A DNA stretch of 38,974 nt from a bacterium DOLZORAL124_64_63. GTDB taxonomy: Bacteria; Krumholzibacteriota; Krumholzibacteriia; LZORAL124-64-63. The notes beneath the pieces were generated by a model, which saw only the letters and a list, made by a program, of their open reading frames with translations, did not search any database and was not told the DNA's origin. A program made the position numbers and the translations under genes. Positions 26,552-36,621 of this stretch are shown here, one piece after another. The stretch is from positions 1 to 38,974 of the forward strand of contig PDQT01000082.1 in the NCBI GenBank assembly GCA_002747875.1, written 5' to 3'. Positions within the stretch are counted from its first letter, which is position 1. Each line of letters starts with the position of its first letter.

Positions 26552-26649
26552 GATATTTCTCCGGACTGGCCAAGACCTTTCGCGGTTCCCGATCCGGCTT
26601 CCCTTCCGGTAGACCGAATCTTCGCCGTGTGTCCCGGCACCTAGGTACG

Positions 26650-26664
26650 GCAAAACCTGTGCCC
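26650..26664 (-). promoter_or_regulatory. Sigma54 (-24/-12) promoter for the Omp85-DUF4390-yjbQ genes
   Basis: Minus strand GGGCACAGGTTTTGC = GG-N10-GC, matching TGGCACNNNNNTTGC. Confidence 0.72.
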
Positions 26665-26765
26665 TTCGGCCCACGGAAAGGCCAACAACACCATAAGCAA
26701 TTTTTTTTAATGGCTTTACCAACCCGCCTCACCCAACAATTAGACCGAGATTCTTGCCCCCAGCG

Positions 26766-26800
26766 TGTCCGGTGGACAACGCCATGTCGTCAATCGGACA
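26766..26800. promoter_or_regulatory. Paired inverted 16-bp sites, candidate enhancer (UAS) for the NtrX-like activator
   Basis: TGTCCGGTGGACAACG-CCA-TGTCGTCAATCGGACA; the second site is an imperfect reverse complement of the first; ~100-135 bp upstream of the -24 box. Confidence 0.55.
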
Positions 26801-28142
26801 TGCCCAGCTTCTTCAGACGGCGATGCAGGTTGGCCCGATCCAGCCCCAGCTCCCGGGCCGCCGCCGCCAAGTTCCCCCCATGGCAGGTCAACGCCTTGCC
26901 AATGTAACTTTTCTCATGATGGAGCAGATAGTCCGCCAACCCCAACCCCACGGGCTCCCGGCACGCCGCCGCCCCCGGCAATAAGCTTTCCACGAAAGGC
27001 TCCTCCACCGCTTCACCCGGGGCCATGATCATCACCCTCTCCACCAGATTGCGCAGCTCCCGCACGTTGCCCGGCCAGTCATGGGTCTGCAGGCGGCGCA
27101 AAGCCTCGGCGGTGAAATGCATGGTCGGCCGTCCGGCCGTCCGGCAGAAATGCTCCAAGAAATGCCGAGCCAGCTCCGGAATATCCTCCACGTGATCCCG
27201 CAGAGCCGGCGCGTGGATGGGCACCACCTTCACGCGATGGTACAGATCCTCGCGGAAATCTCCGCTTGCGCGCAAAGCCTCCAGATCCCGATTCGTCGAG
27301 GCGAAGATGCGCACATCCAGCGTGATCACGCCGGTGCCGCCAAGGCGCTCCAACTCCCCGTCTTCCAGAACGCGCAACAGCTTGGCCTGGGTGGTGGCGT
27401 TCATGTCCCCGATCTCGTCCAGCAGCAGCGTCCCTCCCTGGGCCCGCTCGAACTTCCCCACCCGGCGGCTCACCGCGCCGGTGAAGGCGCCACGTTCGTG
27501 GCCGAACAGCTCGCTCTCCAGCAGTTCCGAGGGGATGGCCGCGCAGTTGACCTTGATGAAGGGCCGATCCGCCCGCGGGCTACCGGCGTGCAGGGCGCGG
27601 GCGATCAGCTCCTTACCCGTGCCGTTTTCCCCGGTGATCAGCACCCGCGCCTCGGATCCGGCAGCCCGGGCGATCTCCTGCCGCAGTTGTTCCATGGCCG
27701 CGCCGGACCCCAGCAGCCCCGTGTCCCGCCCCAGTTCCGACTGCAGGCGCGCATTCTCCTCCGTCAGCTGCCGCAGGCGCAGACCGTTGGCCAGGCTGAC
27801 CAGCAAGCGCTCCACCTGGATGGGCTTCTCGATGAAGTCGATGGCCCCCAGGCGTGTGGCCTCCACCGCCGTGGCGATGGTGCCGTGACCACTCATCATC
27901 ACCACCGGACAAAGACCGCCTTCGGCCTGTAGTGACCTCAGCAAACCCAGGCCATCCTGCCCCGGTAACTGCACATCCAGCAGCATCAGGTCCGGCTGCC
28001 GGGCGGCCAGTTGCTTCCGGGCCTGGACCGCGTCGCAGGCGGTGCTCACCTCCATGCCCTCGTCTTCCAGCACGCCGGCCAGCAGCGCGCGGATGTTGGG
28101 TTCATCGTCCACCACCAGAATATGCCCCCGCATGCGGTTCAA
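26790..28142 (-). CDS. NtrX/NtrC-family sigma54-dependent response regulator
   Basis: Receiver (VVDDE, LLDV, SGHG, FIEKP), GENGTGKE, ESELFGHERGAFTGA, LLLDEIG, WPGNVREL, HTH. Confidence 0.95.
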   Translation of the reverse strand: MNRMRGHILVVDDEPNIRALLAGVLEDEGMEVSTACDAVQARKQLAARQPDLMLLDVQLPGQDGLGLLRSLQAEGGLCPVVMMSGHGTIATAVEATRLGAIDFIEKPIQVERLLVSLANGLRLRQLTEENARLQSELGRDTGLLGSGAAMEQLRQEIARAAGSEARVLITGENGTGKELIARALHAGSPRADRPFIKVNCAAIPSELLESELFGHERGAFTGAVSRRVGKFERAQGGTLLLDEIGDMNATTQAKLLRVLEDGELERLGGTGVITLDVRIFASTNRDLEALRASGDFREDLYHRVKVVPIHAPALRDHVEDIPELARHFLEHFCRTAGRPTMHFTAEALRRLQTHDWPGNVRELRNLVERVMIMAPGEAVEEPFVESLLPGAAACREPVGLGLADYLLHHEKSYIGKALTCHGGNLAAAARELGLDRANLHRRLKKLGMSD

Positions 28143-29620
28143 TGGATGCTCCTTCCCACGACGGGCAGATCGATGGCGAAGGCCGCCCCGCCGCCCGTAT
28201 CAGCGGCCGTCAACCGCCCCCCGTTCTCCTCGATGATGCGCCGGCTGACAGCCAAACCCAGTCCCGTGCCCGTGGGCTTGCTGGTATGATAGGGCTCGAA
28301 AACAGCGTCCCCGGCGTCCGCCAATCCCGGTCCGCTATCCTGGATGGTCAACCGCATCCAGGATCGTTGCTCAGGCACGCCTTCGGGTGCCGCCGCCTCC
28401 TCCAGCCGGAAAAGCAACGTCCCTTCACCCTCCATGGCCTCCTTCCCGTTCTTGACCAGGTTGCCGAGCACCTGCCGCAACTGACCGGGATCCACCCGCC
28501 AGATGAACTCCCGGGGCCAACCCTCCCAGCGGCAGATCACGTGAGTGCGCTCCAGATAGAACCGGGCCACTTCCCCCAGGAGACGGTGCAGGTCGTCTCC
28601 TCGCAGGTCCCGCGGCCGAGGCCGGGGCAGCTTGGCGTACATGCTGAATTCATCCGCCAGGCGCTCCAGATTGGCCGCCTCCTCCAGGACCGTACCCACG
28701 CAGGAGTGCACGGTGGCGTCCTCGCTCCGGCCCTTGATGCGGTGCATGGCCAGGGTGATAGGCGTCAGCGGATTCTTGATCTCATGAGCCAGGCGCCGGG
28801 CCACCCCCTGCCAGGCGGCCAGACGCTCGGCCTTCCGCAACTCCCGGCGACCGGCCCGCAATTGGGTCGTCATGCTGTTGAAGGCCTCCACCAGCGCGCC
28901 CAGCTCAGCGGGGGCGTCCGCTTCGATCCGTTGGTCCAGGTCGCCCGCCGCCACCCGCTGTGTGCCCCGCACCAGCTGCTGAAGAGGGCGGGCCACCGAG
29001 CGGGCAATCAGGTGGCTCAGCAGAAGGGAAAGCAGAAGCAGGAACAGAGCCAACAACATCAGCGCCAGCACCAGATGAGATTGCAGCAGCTTGCGATAGA
29101 TGAAGGAAAGCTGCCTCATCCCCGCGGAACCTTGTGTGATATCCTCTAGCAAAATAGCCAGTTGTGGATCCAAGGGGACTTCCAGCACCGCATATCGCGT
29201 GGGATCCCCGGGAAGGGGGAAACCCGCCGCCAGCCGGGGAATCCCCGGCCCCGGCACTCGAAAAGCCGTCGCCAGGTCGGGGCCCGTGCGTCCCCGCAGG
29301 TAGTCAGGCAGGGCCTTTTTGTCTCCCCCGGTTGTCACCCAGCCCAGCTCCGGATCCCAGCGCCATACCCGCCGGCGGGTACCCTCGGGCAAAGACAGGG
29401 ACGGATCCGCGCCCGCCTGACGGGCCAGCCTCTGGACGTTGCTCTTCTCCGCTGCCAGAACCCGGCGGGCCAGTTCCAGGCCGGCTTCGGTGCTACGCTC
29501 CAGCCCGGGGCTTTCCAGCATGGCCAGGTGCTCGCAGCCGCGCTGCCAATCCAGCAGAAGCACCCCCACCGCGGGCAGGAACATCATGGGAAAGAGGATG
29601 AAGAACAGGCGTCTCTGCAA
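28139..29620 (-). CDS. NtrY-like HAMP sensor histidine kinase
   Basis: Two TMs, HAMP, AAWQGVARRLAHEIKNPLTPI, NLVKNG, DSGPG, GTGLGL; 4-nt overlap with the regulator; start uncertain (TTG 29620 preferred). Confidence 0.92.
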   Translation of the reverse strand: MQRRLFFILFPMMFLPAVGVLLLDWQRGCEHLAMLESPGLERSTEAGLELARRVLAAEKSNVQRLARQAGADPSLSLPEGTRRRVWRWDPELGWVTTGGDKKALPDYLRGRTGPDLATAFRVPGPGIPRLAAGFPLPGDPTRYAVLEVPLDPQLAILLEDITQGSAGMRQLSFIYRKLLQSHLVLALMLLALFLLLLSLLLSHLIARSVARPLQQLVRGTQRVAAGDLDQRIEADAPAELGALVEAFNSMTTQLRAGRRELRKAERLAAWQGVARRLAHEIKNPLTPITLAMHRIKGRSEDATVHSCVGTVLEEAANLERLADEFSMYAKLPRPRPRDLRGDDLHRLLGEVARFYLERTHVICRWEGWPREFIWRVDPGQLRQVLGNLVKNGKEAMEGEGTLLFRLEEAAAPEGVPEQRSWMRLTIQDSGPGLADAGDAVFEPYHTSKPTGTGLGLAVSRRIIEENGGRLTAADTGGGAAFAIDLPVVGRSIH

Positions 29621-29910
29621 CGTGATGGCCTCGGTTGGGAGGATGGAATCGACCCGGAGAACCCAGGCTAGCATAGTATCCAACGGGAAATCCAGCGCCG
29701 GGGTTGCGCCGCCAGGACCATCGTATTCCTGTCAGCCACGATCCATGGGGGCAAAGACGGCATCTATCCTCTCCCAATCTTGAGCTAGCTGTCGGAGCCA
29801 TCAGCCCCTTCTGTAAAGAAGCAAAAAACCCTTGGGATCCACATCGCTTCCAATCCAATAAGCGACACGTACTGCCAAGGGTTCATCATAAGTTCCGGTA
29901 TCCCTGTCCC

Positions 29911-29936
29911 GAAAGGGGCGCCCACCGGACGCCCCT
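29911..29936 (-). terminator. Putative terminator after the tricorn gene
   Basis: Minus strand AGGGGCGTCC-GGT-GGGCGCCCCT-TTC. Confidence 0.55.
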
Positions 29937-29954
29937 CCCAAGAACCCCGAAACC

Positions 29955-32900
29955 CTAATTCTTGATCTTACTCATATGCGGCTTGCTCTTATCCGGATAA
30001 GCCGGCGTGCCGGGAATATCCCACTTCCCCTTGGCATTCTCCAGCTGATCCAGCAAGTAGGCGATGGCCGCATCCAGCTGCGTATCCTCTCCGGCCACCA
30101 CGTCAGCGGGCATGTTCATCACCACGATATGCGGCTCCACGCCCCAGCCCTCGATGGGCCAAGTGCCGTCCAGCGTGAACAGACCGAACTGCGGCGGCGT
30201 GGTGGTGCCCCCGTCCACCAGACCCTGGTGCGGCTCGATGCCGATGCTGCCGCCCCAGGTGCGCATGCCCATGACCGTGGCCAGGCCCTTGCGCTTGATG
30301 GCCTCGGCAAAGAACTCGCCGTTGCTGCCGGTGTCCTCGTTGATCAGGACCACGAGGGGGCCGTGGAAATCCCGCTCGGGATTGCGGCCGGCCCGGCCCT
30401 CGCGCGGGATGGTCATGGACCACAGGGCGCGCTCCAGACGGTCGATGATCATGTCGCCGACGAAGCCGCCGCCGTTGTAGCGCTCGTCGATGATCATGGC
30501 CTCCTTGCCCGTCTGCGGGTACCAGCGGCGGCCGAATTCCACCAGCCCGTTGTCCATCATGTCCGGGATGTGCAGATAGCCGATGCGGCCGTCGCTCTTC
30601 GCCGTGACGTAGTCCAGGTTGCGGTCCATCCAGGCGCGATAACGCAGGCCCAGGTCGCTGCCCAGGGTGCGCACCCGGTGGGTGACGGCGCCCCTGGGGC
30701 TGGGTTTGCGGTTGGTCGTCAGGGTGACCATGCGGCCGGCCTTGTCCACCAGGTGGGCGTAGACGTTGTCGCCCTTGGGGATCTCCACACCGTCGATGGC
30801 GATGAGGTAGTCTCCCTCGCGCACATCCACGCCGGGCTCCGTCAGGGGCGAGCGGTACCGCGGGTCCCAGCTCACGCCCGGCACGATGTCCGTGATACGG
30901 TAATAATCGGCCTTCTCATCCGTGGCGAAGCCGCAACCCAACAAACCGGTGGACACCCAGTCGCCGCGGTCGCCATGGTCCCCACCGTAGATATAGGTGT
31001 GGCCGATGTTCAGCTCGGCAATCAGTTCTCCAATGAGATAGTTCAGATCCGAACGCGTCCCGCAGCCGGCCACGAAGGGCGCGAACTTGTCGTGCATGGC
31101 CTGCCAATCCACACCGTGCATGCCCGCGTCATAGAACCAATCGCGCTGGATGCGCCAGGCCTCGTCGAAAATCTGCCGGTACTCGGCCAGCCGGTCGATG
31201 CGCAGCTTCAGGGCGCCCACATCCACCTGGCCGTCCCCCGCCTCGGCGGGCTGGCCGGCATCCACCACGCCCACGTTGGCACCGGCGCGGTAGATCAGCT
31301 TCTGCCCGTCGCTGCTCAGATGGTAGTTGGCGATGCCGATCATCAGATCCGTCAGCGCGGCATCGTCCAGGTTGTAGCCCACCAGATCCAGGGCGCCGCC
31401 CGTGTGATCGTCCACGTTCTGGTACTTGAGGAACTCCGGATCGTTCTTGCGCAGCATGACGAAGCCGCCGTCGATGGCCTCCAGGCGGAAGTAGTTGCCC
31501 GGTTCCACGCCTTCGCACGCCAAGATCCGGTTGCCGATGCCTTCCAGATCGATGACCGTTTTGCCGTCCTTCTCGGCCTCCTCTTTCTCCTTCTTGTCCG
31601 CGGTCACCACCACGTCGGGCTTGTAGAAGGGCGAGCGCCGGCCGTCGCGCAGCAGGACCAAGTAAGGCCGGGCCATCTTCAAGAAGACATGGTTCTGGTC
31701 CTGGCGGCCCATGATCGGATTGAAGGTGCGGTTGGACAGGAAGTACAGGTAGGCGCCGTCCTCGCTGAAGCTGGGCGACCAGCTGGTGGCCATGCCGTCG
31801 GTCAGCTGGTGCGTCTGCCGCTTCTTGGTGTCGTACAGGTGGATGGTTTCGTTCATGTTGCCGTTCTGGCGCGTGTAGGCCACCCAGCGGCTGTCCGGCG
31901 ACCAGACGTAATCCATGATGCCCCAGCGCTCCCAGGCATCGTCGTACAGGCCCTGGGCGATGACGGTGGTGGCGCCCTTGTCCACATCCACCAGATTCAG
32001 GCGCAGGTACTTGTCGCTGAACAGGAGGTGCCGGCTGTCCGGCGACCAGACGATGGGGTTGGTGAAGGCGAAGTCCCCATCGGTCAGCTGCTTCCACTCG
32101 CCAAGGCCCGTCTGGTCCGAGAGGTAGAGTTGTTCCTCGCCCGTGCGGTCGCTGACGAAGGCGATCCACCGGCCGTCCGGCGACCAGACGGCGTTGCGCT
32201 CGCGGCTGCCGCTGGTGCGGGTCAGGTTCACGGGATCGCCCTCATCCGTGGGCAGGTTCAGGATCTCGCCGCGGGCTTCGATCAGCGCGCGCTCCCCGCC
32301 GGGAGACAGCCGGAAGCTGCCGACGGCGGCGTTGGGGGTGATGAGATCCTCGCGCACGTGGCGACGATCCGAAGGGATACTGATGGCCACGTCACGCACC
32401 TGGCCGCTCGCCAGGTCCAGCACCTCCAGGCCCGCGCCGTGCTGGAACACGATGCGCCCATCGCCCAGGCTGGGGTACTTGGCGTCGTACTCCGTGAAAA
32501 AGGTCAGCCGCCGCACTTCTCCCGTCTTCACGTTCTGGCCGTAGATATTCAGCGTGCCGTCCTCGCGGTCGCTGGTGTAGTAGATGATATCCCCGTCCCA
32601 CATGGGGAAGTTGTCCGTGCCTTCCCAGTCCGTCAGCTGGGTGATGCTGCCGTCGCTGAAGTCGGCCACCCAAATATCCTGGGCCATGCCGCCCTCGTAG
32701 CGTTTCCAGTTGCGCATCTCCCGGCCGATGCGGTTGTAGGCCACACCGCGGTGATCCGGGGCGATGGATGCCAGGCCGGCCCGGTCCAGCGGCAGACGCC
32801 GAGGCATGCCGCCATCGATGGGGTAACGGTACAGTTCGCTGGCGCGGCTGGGGTATTCCCGGGTGGAGCGCACGATCACGCCCTGCCCGTCCGGGCACCA

Positions 32901-33248
32901 GTCCACCATCAGATCTCTGCCGGGATGGAAGGTCAGCCGGCGGGGCACACCGCCGGTGGCGGGCATGACGTAGACATCGCTGCCGCCGTCATAGCTACCG
33001 GTGAAGGCCAGCCAGCGCCCATCGGGGCTGAACTTGGCCGCCAACTCGGTGCCCTCGTGCGCCGTGATGCGCCGGGCTTCGCCCCCGGTGACCGGGACCA
33101 GCCAAAGGTCCCCCTCGTAGGTGAAGACGATGCCGCTATCGCTGATATCCGCGTAACGCATGACGTAGCCCGGTGCCGCGTCGTCGGCCAGGGCGAAGCC
33201 GGCCAGCAGGACGGCCAAAGCCAGAAACAGGAAATGGTGGCGGGTCAC
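29955..33248 (-). CDS. Tricorn protease homolog (S41 family; beta-propellers, PDZ, TSP core), exported
   Basis: Signal peptide; IVFTYEGDLW, FSPDGRW repeats, ELNIGHTY, IGYLHIPDM, DERYNGGG, GSNGE nucleophile, IEGWGVEP; GTG 33248 with GGAGG RBS. Confidence 0.95.
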   Translation of the reverse strand: MTRHHFLFLALAVLLAGFALADDAAPGYVMRYADISDSGIVFTYEGDLWLVPVTGGEARRITAHEGTELAAKFSPDGRWLAFTGSYDGGSDVYVMPATGGVPRRLTFHPGRDLMVDWCPDGQGVIVRSTREYPSRASELYRYPIDGGMPRRLPLDRAGLASIAPDHRGVAYNRIGREMRNWKRYEGGMAQDIWVADFSDGSITQLTDWEGTDNFPMWDGDIIYYTSDREDGTLNIYGQNVKTGEVRRLTFFTEYDAKYPSLGDGRIVFQHGAGLEVLDLASGQVRDVAISIPSDRRHVREDLITPNAAVGSFRLSPGGERALIEARGEILNLPTDEGDPVNLTRTSGSRERNAVWSPDGRWIAFVSDRTGEEQLYLSDQTGLGEWKQLTDGDFAFTNPIVWSPDSRHLLFSDKYLRLNLVDVDKGATTVIAQGLYDDAWERWGIMDYVWSPDSRWVAYTRQNGNMNETIHLYDTKKRQTHQLTDGMATSWSPSFSEDGAYLYFLSNRTFNPIMGRQDQNHVFLKMARPYLVLLRDGRRSPFYKPDVVVTADKKEKEEAEKDGKTVIDLEGIGNRILACEGVEPGNYFRLEAIDGGFVMLRKNDPEFLKYQNVDDHTGGALDLVGYNLDDAALTDLMIGIANYHLSSDGQKLIYRAGANVGVVDAGQPAEAGDGQVDVGALKLRIDRLAEYRQIFDEAWRIQRDWFYDAGMHGVDWQAMHDKFAPFVAGCGTRSDLNYLIGELIAELNIGHTYIYGGDHGDRGDWVSTGLLGCGFATDEKADYYRITDIVPGVSWDPRYRSPLTEPGVDVREGDYLIAIDGVEIPKGDNVYAHLVDKAGRMVTLTTNRKPSPRGAVTHRVRTLGSDLGLRYRAWMDRNLDYVTAKSDGRIGYLHIPDMMDNGLVEFGRRWYPQTGKEAMIIDERYNGGGFVGDMIIDRLERALWSMTIPREGRAGRNPERDFHGPLVVLINEDTGSNGEFFAEAIKRKGLATVMGMRTWGGSIGIEPHQGLVDGGTTTPPQFGLFTLDGTWPIEGWGVEPHIVVMNMPADVVAGEDTQLDAAIAYLLDQLENAKGKWDIPGTPAYPDKSKPHMSKIKN

Positions 33249-33428
33249 GGGAAAACCTCCAGGCGGGAAGGCCCAATGCCCGCCGGCGGGTATCACCACC
33301 GGCCGGCGGGAAAGAGCGCCATTTGTTGCCGCGGTAAAATGTGGCACCGGCCGGGAGTTTACACAAGAGGCGCCATGCGCTACGTTGCGCGCAACCAGCC
33401 CCTCGCCACCCTAGAATCGGAGCCGTCC

Positions 33429-34874
33429 GTGACCACCAAACGCCCCCGCTTCCAGATCCCCCATGTTTTCGTGCTCCTGCTGGGGGTCATCCTGCTCTGC
33501 TCTCTGCTGACCTGGGTCATCCCCTCGGGGGCTTACGACCGCGAAACCAAGGTCATCGAAGGGCACGAGCGCACCCTGCTGGTGCCCGGCACCTACGCCC
33601 CCTTGCCCAAGCACTATTCCCTGGAGGGGGCCCTGCTGGGCGACGAAGCCCCAGGCCATGCCGCGCCCGTCGGCCTGGTGGATTTCCTGGCCGCCGTGCC
33701 GCGCGGCATGGAGGGCGCCGCGGACATCATCTTCTTCATCTTCATCATCGGGGGCACCTTCGGCATCCTGCAGCGGACGGGGGTCATCACCGCGTCCATC
33801 GACCGATTGCTGCGCAAGCTGGGCAACCGCGGCAGCCTGCTGACCGCGGTGCTGATGGTGGTGCTGGGCATCGGCGGTTCCACCCTGGGCATGGGCGAGG
33901 AATTCATCCCCCTGGTCCCCGTCTTCCTCATCGTCAGCAAACGGCTGGGCTACGACCGGATCTACGGCATGGCCCTGGTGATCGTGGCCACGGAGGTGGG
34001 TTTCGCGGCCTCCACCCTGAACCCCTTCACCGTGTGCGTGGCCCAGGGCATCGCCGAACTGCCCCTGACCAGCGGCATGGGCTTCCGCATCGTCTTCTTC
34101 GCCTGCGCCATGGCCCTGGCCATCACCTACCTCATCCTGTACGGCAGGCGCATCCAGGCCGACCCGGCCCGCTCCTGCATGCCCGATGATCCCTTCGAGA
34201 TCGAGGCCGGCGGCGAGGCGGCCGCCCACTATCATCCCCACCACACGGCCATCCTCATCATGGGCACCGTCATCTTCCTGTTCGTGGTCTTCGCGGTGCA
34301 GCAGTACGGCTGGTGGATGGACCGCATGGCCGGCGGTTTCCTGCTGATCGGCATCCTGGCGGCGGCCATGGCGCGGCTGCCCCTGGAAGAGGCCACCAAG
34401 GCCTTCGTCAAAGGGATGGAGGAGATGGTGGTGGCCGCCCTGGTGGTGGGCTTCGCCAAGGGGATCAGCGTGGTGCTGGCCGACGGGCAGATCATGGACA
34501 CCATCGTGCACGGCGCCGCGACTATGCTGTCCACCGTGCCCCGCTACTTCGCGGCCATCGGCATGCTCTGTTTCCAGAGCACCCTGAACCTGCTGATCCC
34601 CTCGGGTAGCGGGCAGGCCGCCGTGACGATGCCCCTGATGGCGCCCCTTTCGGACATCCTGGGCATCACGCGGCAGACCGCGGTCTTCGCCTTCACCTGC
34701 GGCGACGGATTCAGCAACTCCGTCATCCCCACAAGCGGCATCCTGATGGCCATGCTCTCCTTGGCCAAGATTCCCTACGGGCGCTGGCTGCGCTTCATGC
34801 TGCCTCTGTTCGGTCTGCTGATGCTGCTGTCGGCCCTCTTCCTGACGATCGCCGTCGCCATCGGGTACAGATGA
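33429..34874 (+). CDS. YfcC-family (DcuC/basic amino acid antiporter-like) membrane transporter
   Basis: IPHVF, LTWVIPSGAYDR, GMGEEFIP, LNPFTV.VAQGIA, IPSGSGQA.VTMP.MAPLSD, GDGFSN; GTG 33429 with GGAG RBS. Confidence 0.92.
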   Translation: MTTKRPRFQIPHVFVLLLGVILLCSLLTWVIPSGAYDRETKVIEGHERTLLVPGTYAPLPKHYSLEGALLGDEAPGHAAPVGLVDFLAAVPRGMEGAADIIFFIFIIGGTFGILQRTGVITASIDRLLRKLGNRGSLLTAVLMVVLGIGGSTLGMGEEFIPLVPVFLIVSKRLGYDRIYGMALVIVATEVGFAASTLNPFTVCVAQGIAELPLTSGMGFRIVFFACAMALAITYLILYGRRIQADPARSCMPDDPFEIEAGGEAAAHYHPHHTAILIMGTVIFLFVVFAVQQYGWWMDRMAGGFLLIGILAAAMARLPLEEATKAFVKGMEEMVVAALVVGFAKGISVVLADGQIMDTIVHGAATMLSTVPRYFAAIGMLCFQSTLNLLIPSGSGQAAVTMPLMAPLSDILGITRQTAVFAFTCGDGFSNSVIPTSGILMAMLSLAKIPYGRWLRFMLPLFGLLMLLSALFLTIAVAIGYR

Positions 34875-35674
34875 TGAGCGAGCAACGAGAACACCGCCGG
34901 CAAGGGCTTTACGCCGACCCCATGCTCTACGACATTCTGCACGCCCCCAACACGGCGCGGGAGGTCACGGCCCTGGAGCGTGTCGAACGGGCCTTCGCCG
35001 CCAGGCCGCCGGCCGCGCACAGGCTGTGGTTCGAACCGGCCTGCGGCACCGGCCGCTATCTGCGTGTGGCCGCCGGCCGGGGACGCCGGGTGGCGGGCTT
35101 CGATCGGGATCCCGGCCAGGTGGCCTATGCCCGCCGGCGGGTATCCGACACCTTCGTGGCGGACATGCGCGACTTCGCGGACGCCGCCCTGGAAGCCGGC
35201 TTCCCGCCGGGGTGCGCCGACTTCGCCTTCAATCCCGTCAATTCCATCCGGCATCTGGCCGACGATGCCGAGATGCGGGACCACCTGGCCCAGATGGCCG
35301 CCATCCTCAAACCCGGAGCCCTGTACGTGGTGGGCATCAGCCTGACGGATTACGATTGGCTTTTCGAAGATGAGGACCTGTGGGAAGGGGCCCGGGGGCG
35401 CTGCCGGGTCAGCCAGCTGGTCAACTACCTGCCCCCCGTGCCGGGGACCGAGCGCGCGCGCGTGGAAACCGTCATCAGCCACCTGACGGTCACCCGCCCC
35501 CGGGGCCAGGAGCACTTCGACGACCGCTACGATCTGCGCACCTACAGCCGCCGGGAGTGGGACGCGCTGATCGCCGCCTCGGCCCTGGGCCATGCCGGCA
35601 GCTGCGATGCTTTCGGGTACCCCCTGGGGGAGCGGGTCCTGCCCTACCAACTGGAGGTTCTGGTCCGGAAGTAA
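34871..35674 (+). CDS. Class I SAM-dependent methyltransferase
   Basis: FEPACGTGRY motif I, GFD, VADMRDF, ILKPGALY; ATGA overlap with the yfcC-like stop. Confidence 0.85.
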   Translation: MMSEQREHRRQGLYADPMLYDILHAPNTAREVTALERVERAFAARPPAAHRLWFEPACGTGRYLRVAAGRGRRVAGFDRDPGQVAYARRRVSDTFVADMRDFADAALEAGFPPGCADFAFNPVNSIRHLADDAEMRDHLAQMAAILKPGALYVVGISLTDYDWLFEDEDLWEGARGRCRVSQLVNYLPPVPGTERARVETVISHLTVTRPRGQEHFDDRYDLRTYSRREWDALIAASALGHAGSCDAFGYPLGERVLPYQLEVLVRK

Positions 35675-35721
35675 GAGAGGACGCGCCCGGCAATCGGCAA
35701 AGCCCCGACAGGGTCCCAGCG

Positions 35722-36531
35722 TCACTCCTCCTTGCGGTACAGCCCTTCCACCTTGCGCGTGCTGGTGGTGATCCCCCGGATCAGGGCCGAACTGAATCCC
35801 TGATGCTCCATCTCGTTCAGCCCGCTGATGGTGGCCCCCCGCGGAGTGGTCACCCGATCGATCTCCCGTTCCGGGTGCAGGCCGCGCTCCTTGAGCAGGG
35901 CGGCGGCGCCCAGGGCCGTTTGCGCCGCCATGGCCAGGGCATCGGCCGAATGGAAACCGATCTCGATGCCCCCCTGGCTGGCCGCCCGGATGGCCCGCAG
36001 GAAGAACGCCGTGCCACAGGCGCACAGGGCGGTGGCCGGCCCCATCTGCTCCTCACGGATGACCAGGGTGCCGCCCAGGGGCTTGAAGACGGCGGCGGCC
36101 AGATCCAGCGCCGGCCCCTGCCCGGCCAGGCAGGTCATGCTTTGCCCCACGGCGATGGCCGTGTTGGGCATGGCCCGCACCACCGGCACGGCCTGGCCCA
36201 CGATATCCCTGATGGCGCTGATCTGCGCCCCCGTCACCACCGAGACCAGGATGTGCCGTTCCGGGTCCAGGGCCGGGCGGATCTCCCGCAACAGGCCATT
36301 GAGTTGCCCGGGTTCCACCGCCAGCACCACCAGGTCATGGGTCGCCAGGGCGGCCAGGTTGTCGGCGGTGGTCGGGAAACCTTCGGCGGCCCTCTCGGCC
36401 AGTTTTTCGGCGTGGCGGCGGGTCAGGGTGATGGCGGCGGCGGGCAGGGCCCCCGCATTGACCAGCCCCCGCGCGATGGCGGTGCCGATGTTGCCGGCGC
36501 CCAGAATGGCCAGTTTGGTGATGGGGTTCAT
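35722..36531 (-). CDS. proC: Pyrroline-5-carboxylate reductase
   Basis: ILGAGNIG, VVRAMPNT, ALCACGTAF, VTTPRGATI.GL..ME..GF; ATG 36531 with AGGAG RBS. Confidence 0.93.
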   Translation of the reverse strand: MNPITKLAILGAGNIGTAIARGLVNAGALPAAAITLTRRHAEKLAERAAEGFPTTADNLAALATHDLVVLAVEPGQLNGLLREIRPALDPERHILVSVVTGAQISAIRDIVGQAVPVVRAMPNTAIAVGQSMTCLAGQGPALDLAAAVFKPLGGTLVIREEQMGPATALCACGTAFFLRAIRAASQGGIEIGFHSADALAMAAQTALGAAALLKERGLHPEREIDRVTTPRGATISGLNEMEHQGFSSALIRGITTSTRKVEGLYRKEE

Positions 36532-36621
36532 GCTCTCTCCTAAAGCTGAAGGGATTAAGGGCACGCTGATTGTACGCCAATCCCGACGCGGCTGCATCCC
36601 AGGAAAAAACGGATAGAAATG

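Noticed and set aside
33279-33310. GC-rich inverted repeat in the tricorn leader as a possible riboswitch
   Set aside because: A single hairpin with no recognisable aptamer consensus; such hairpins are common at this GC content.
33342-33358. TGGCAC upstream of the YfcC gene as a sigma54 promoter
   Set aside because: No GC/TTGC at the required -12 spacing.
29976-33428. 1632-aa plus-strand ORF that looks like a giant fusion to YfcC
   Set aside because: The first ~1150 codons are the antisense shadow of the tricorn gene; the transporter has its own RBS and start at 33429.
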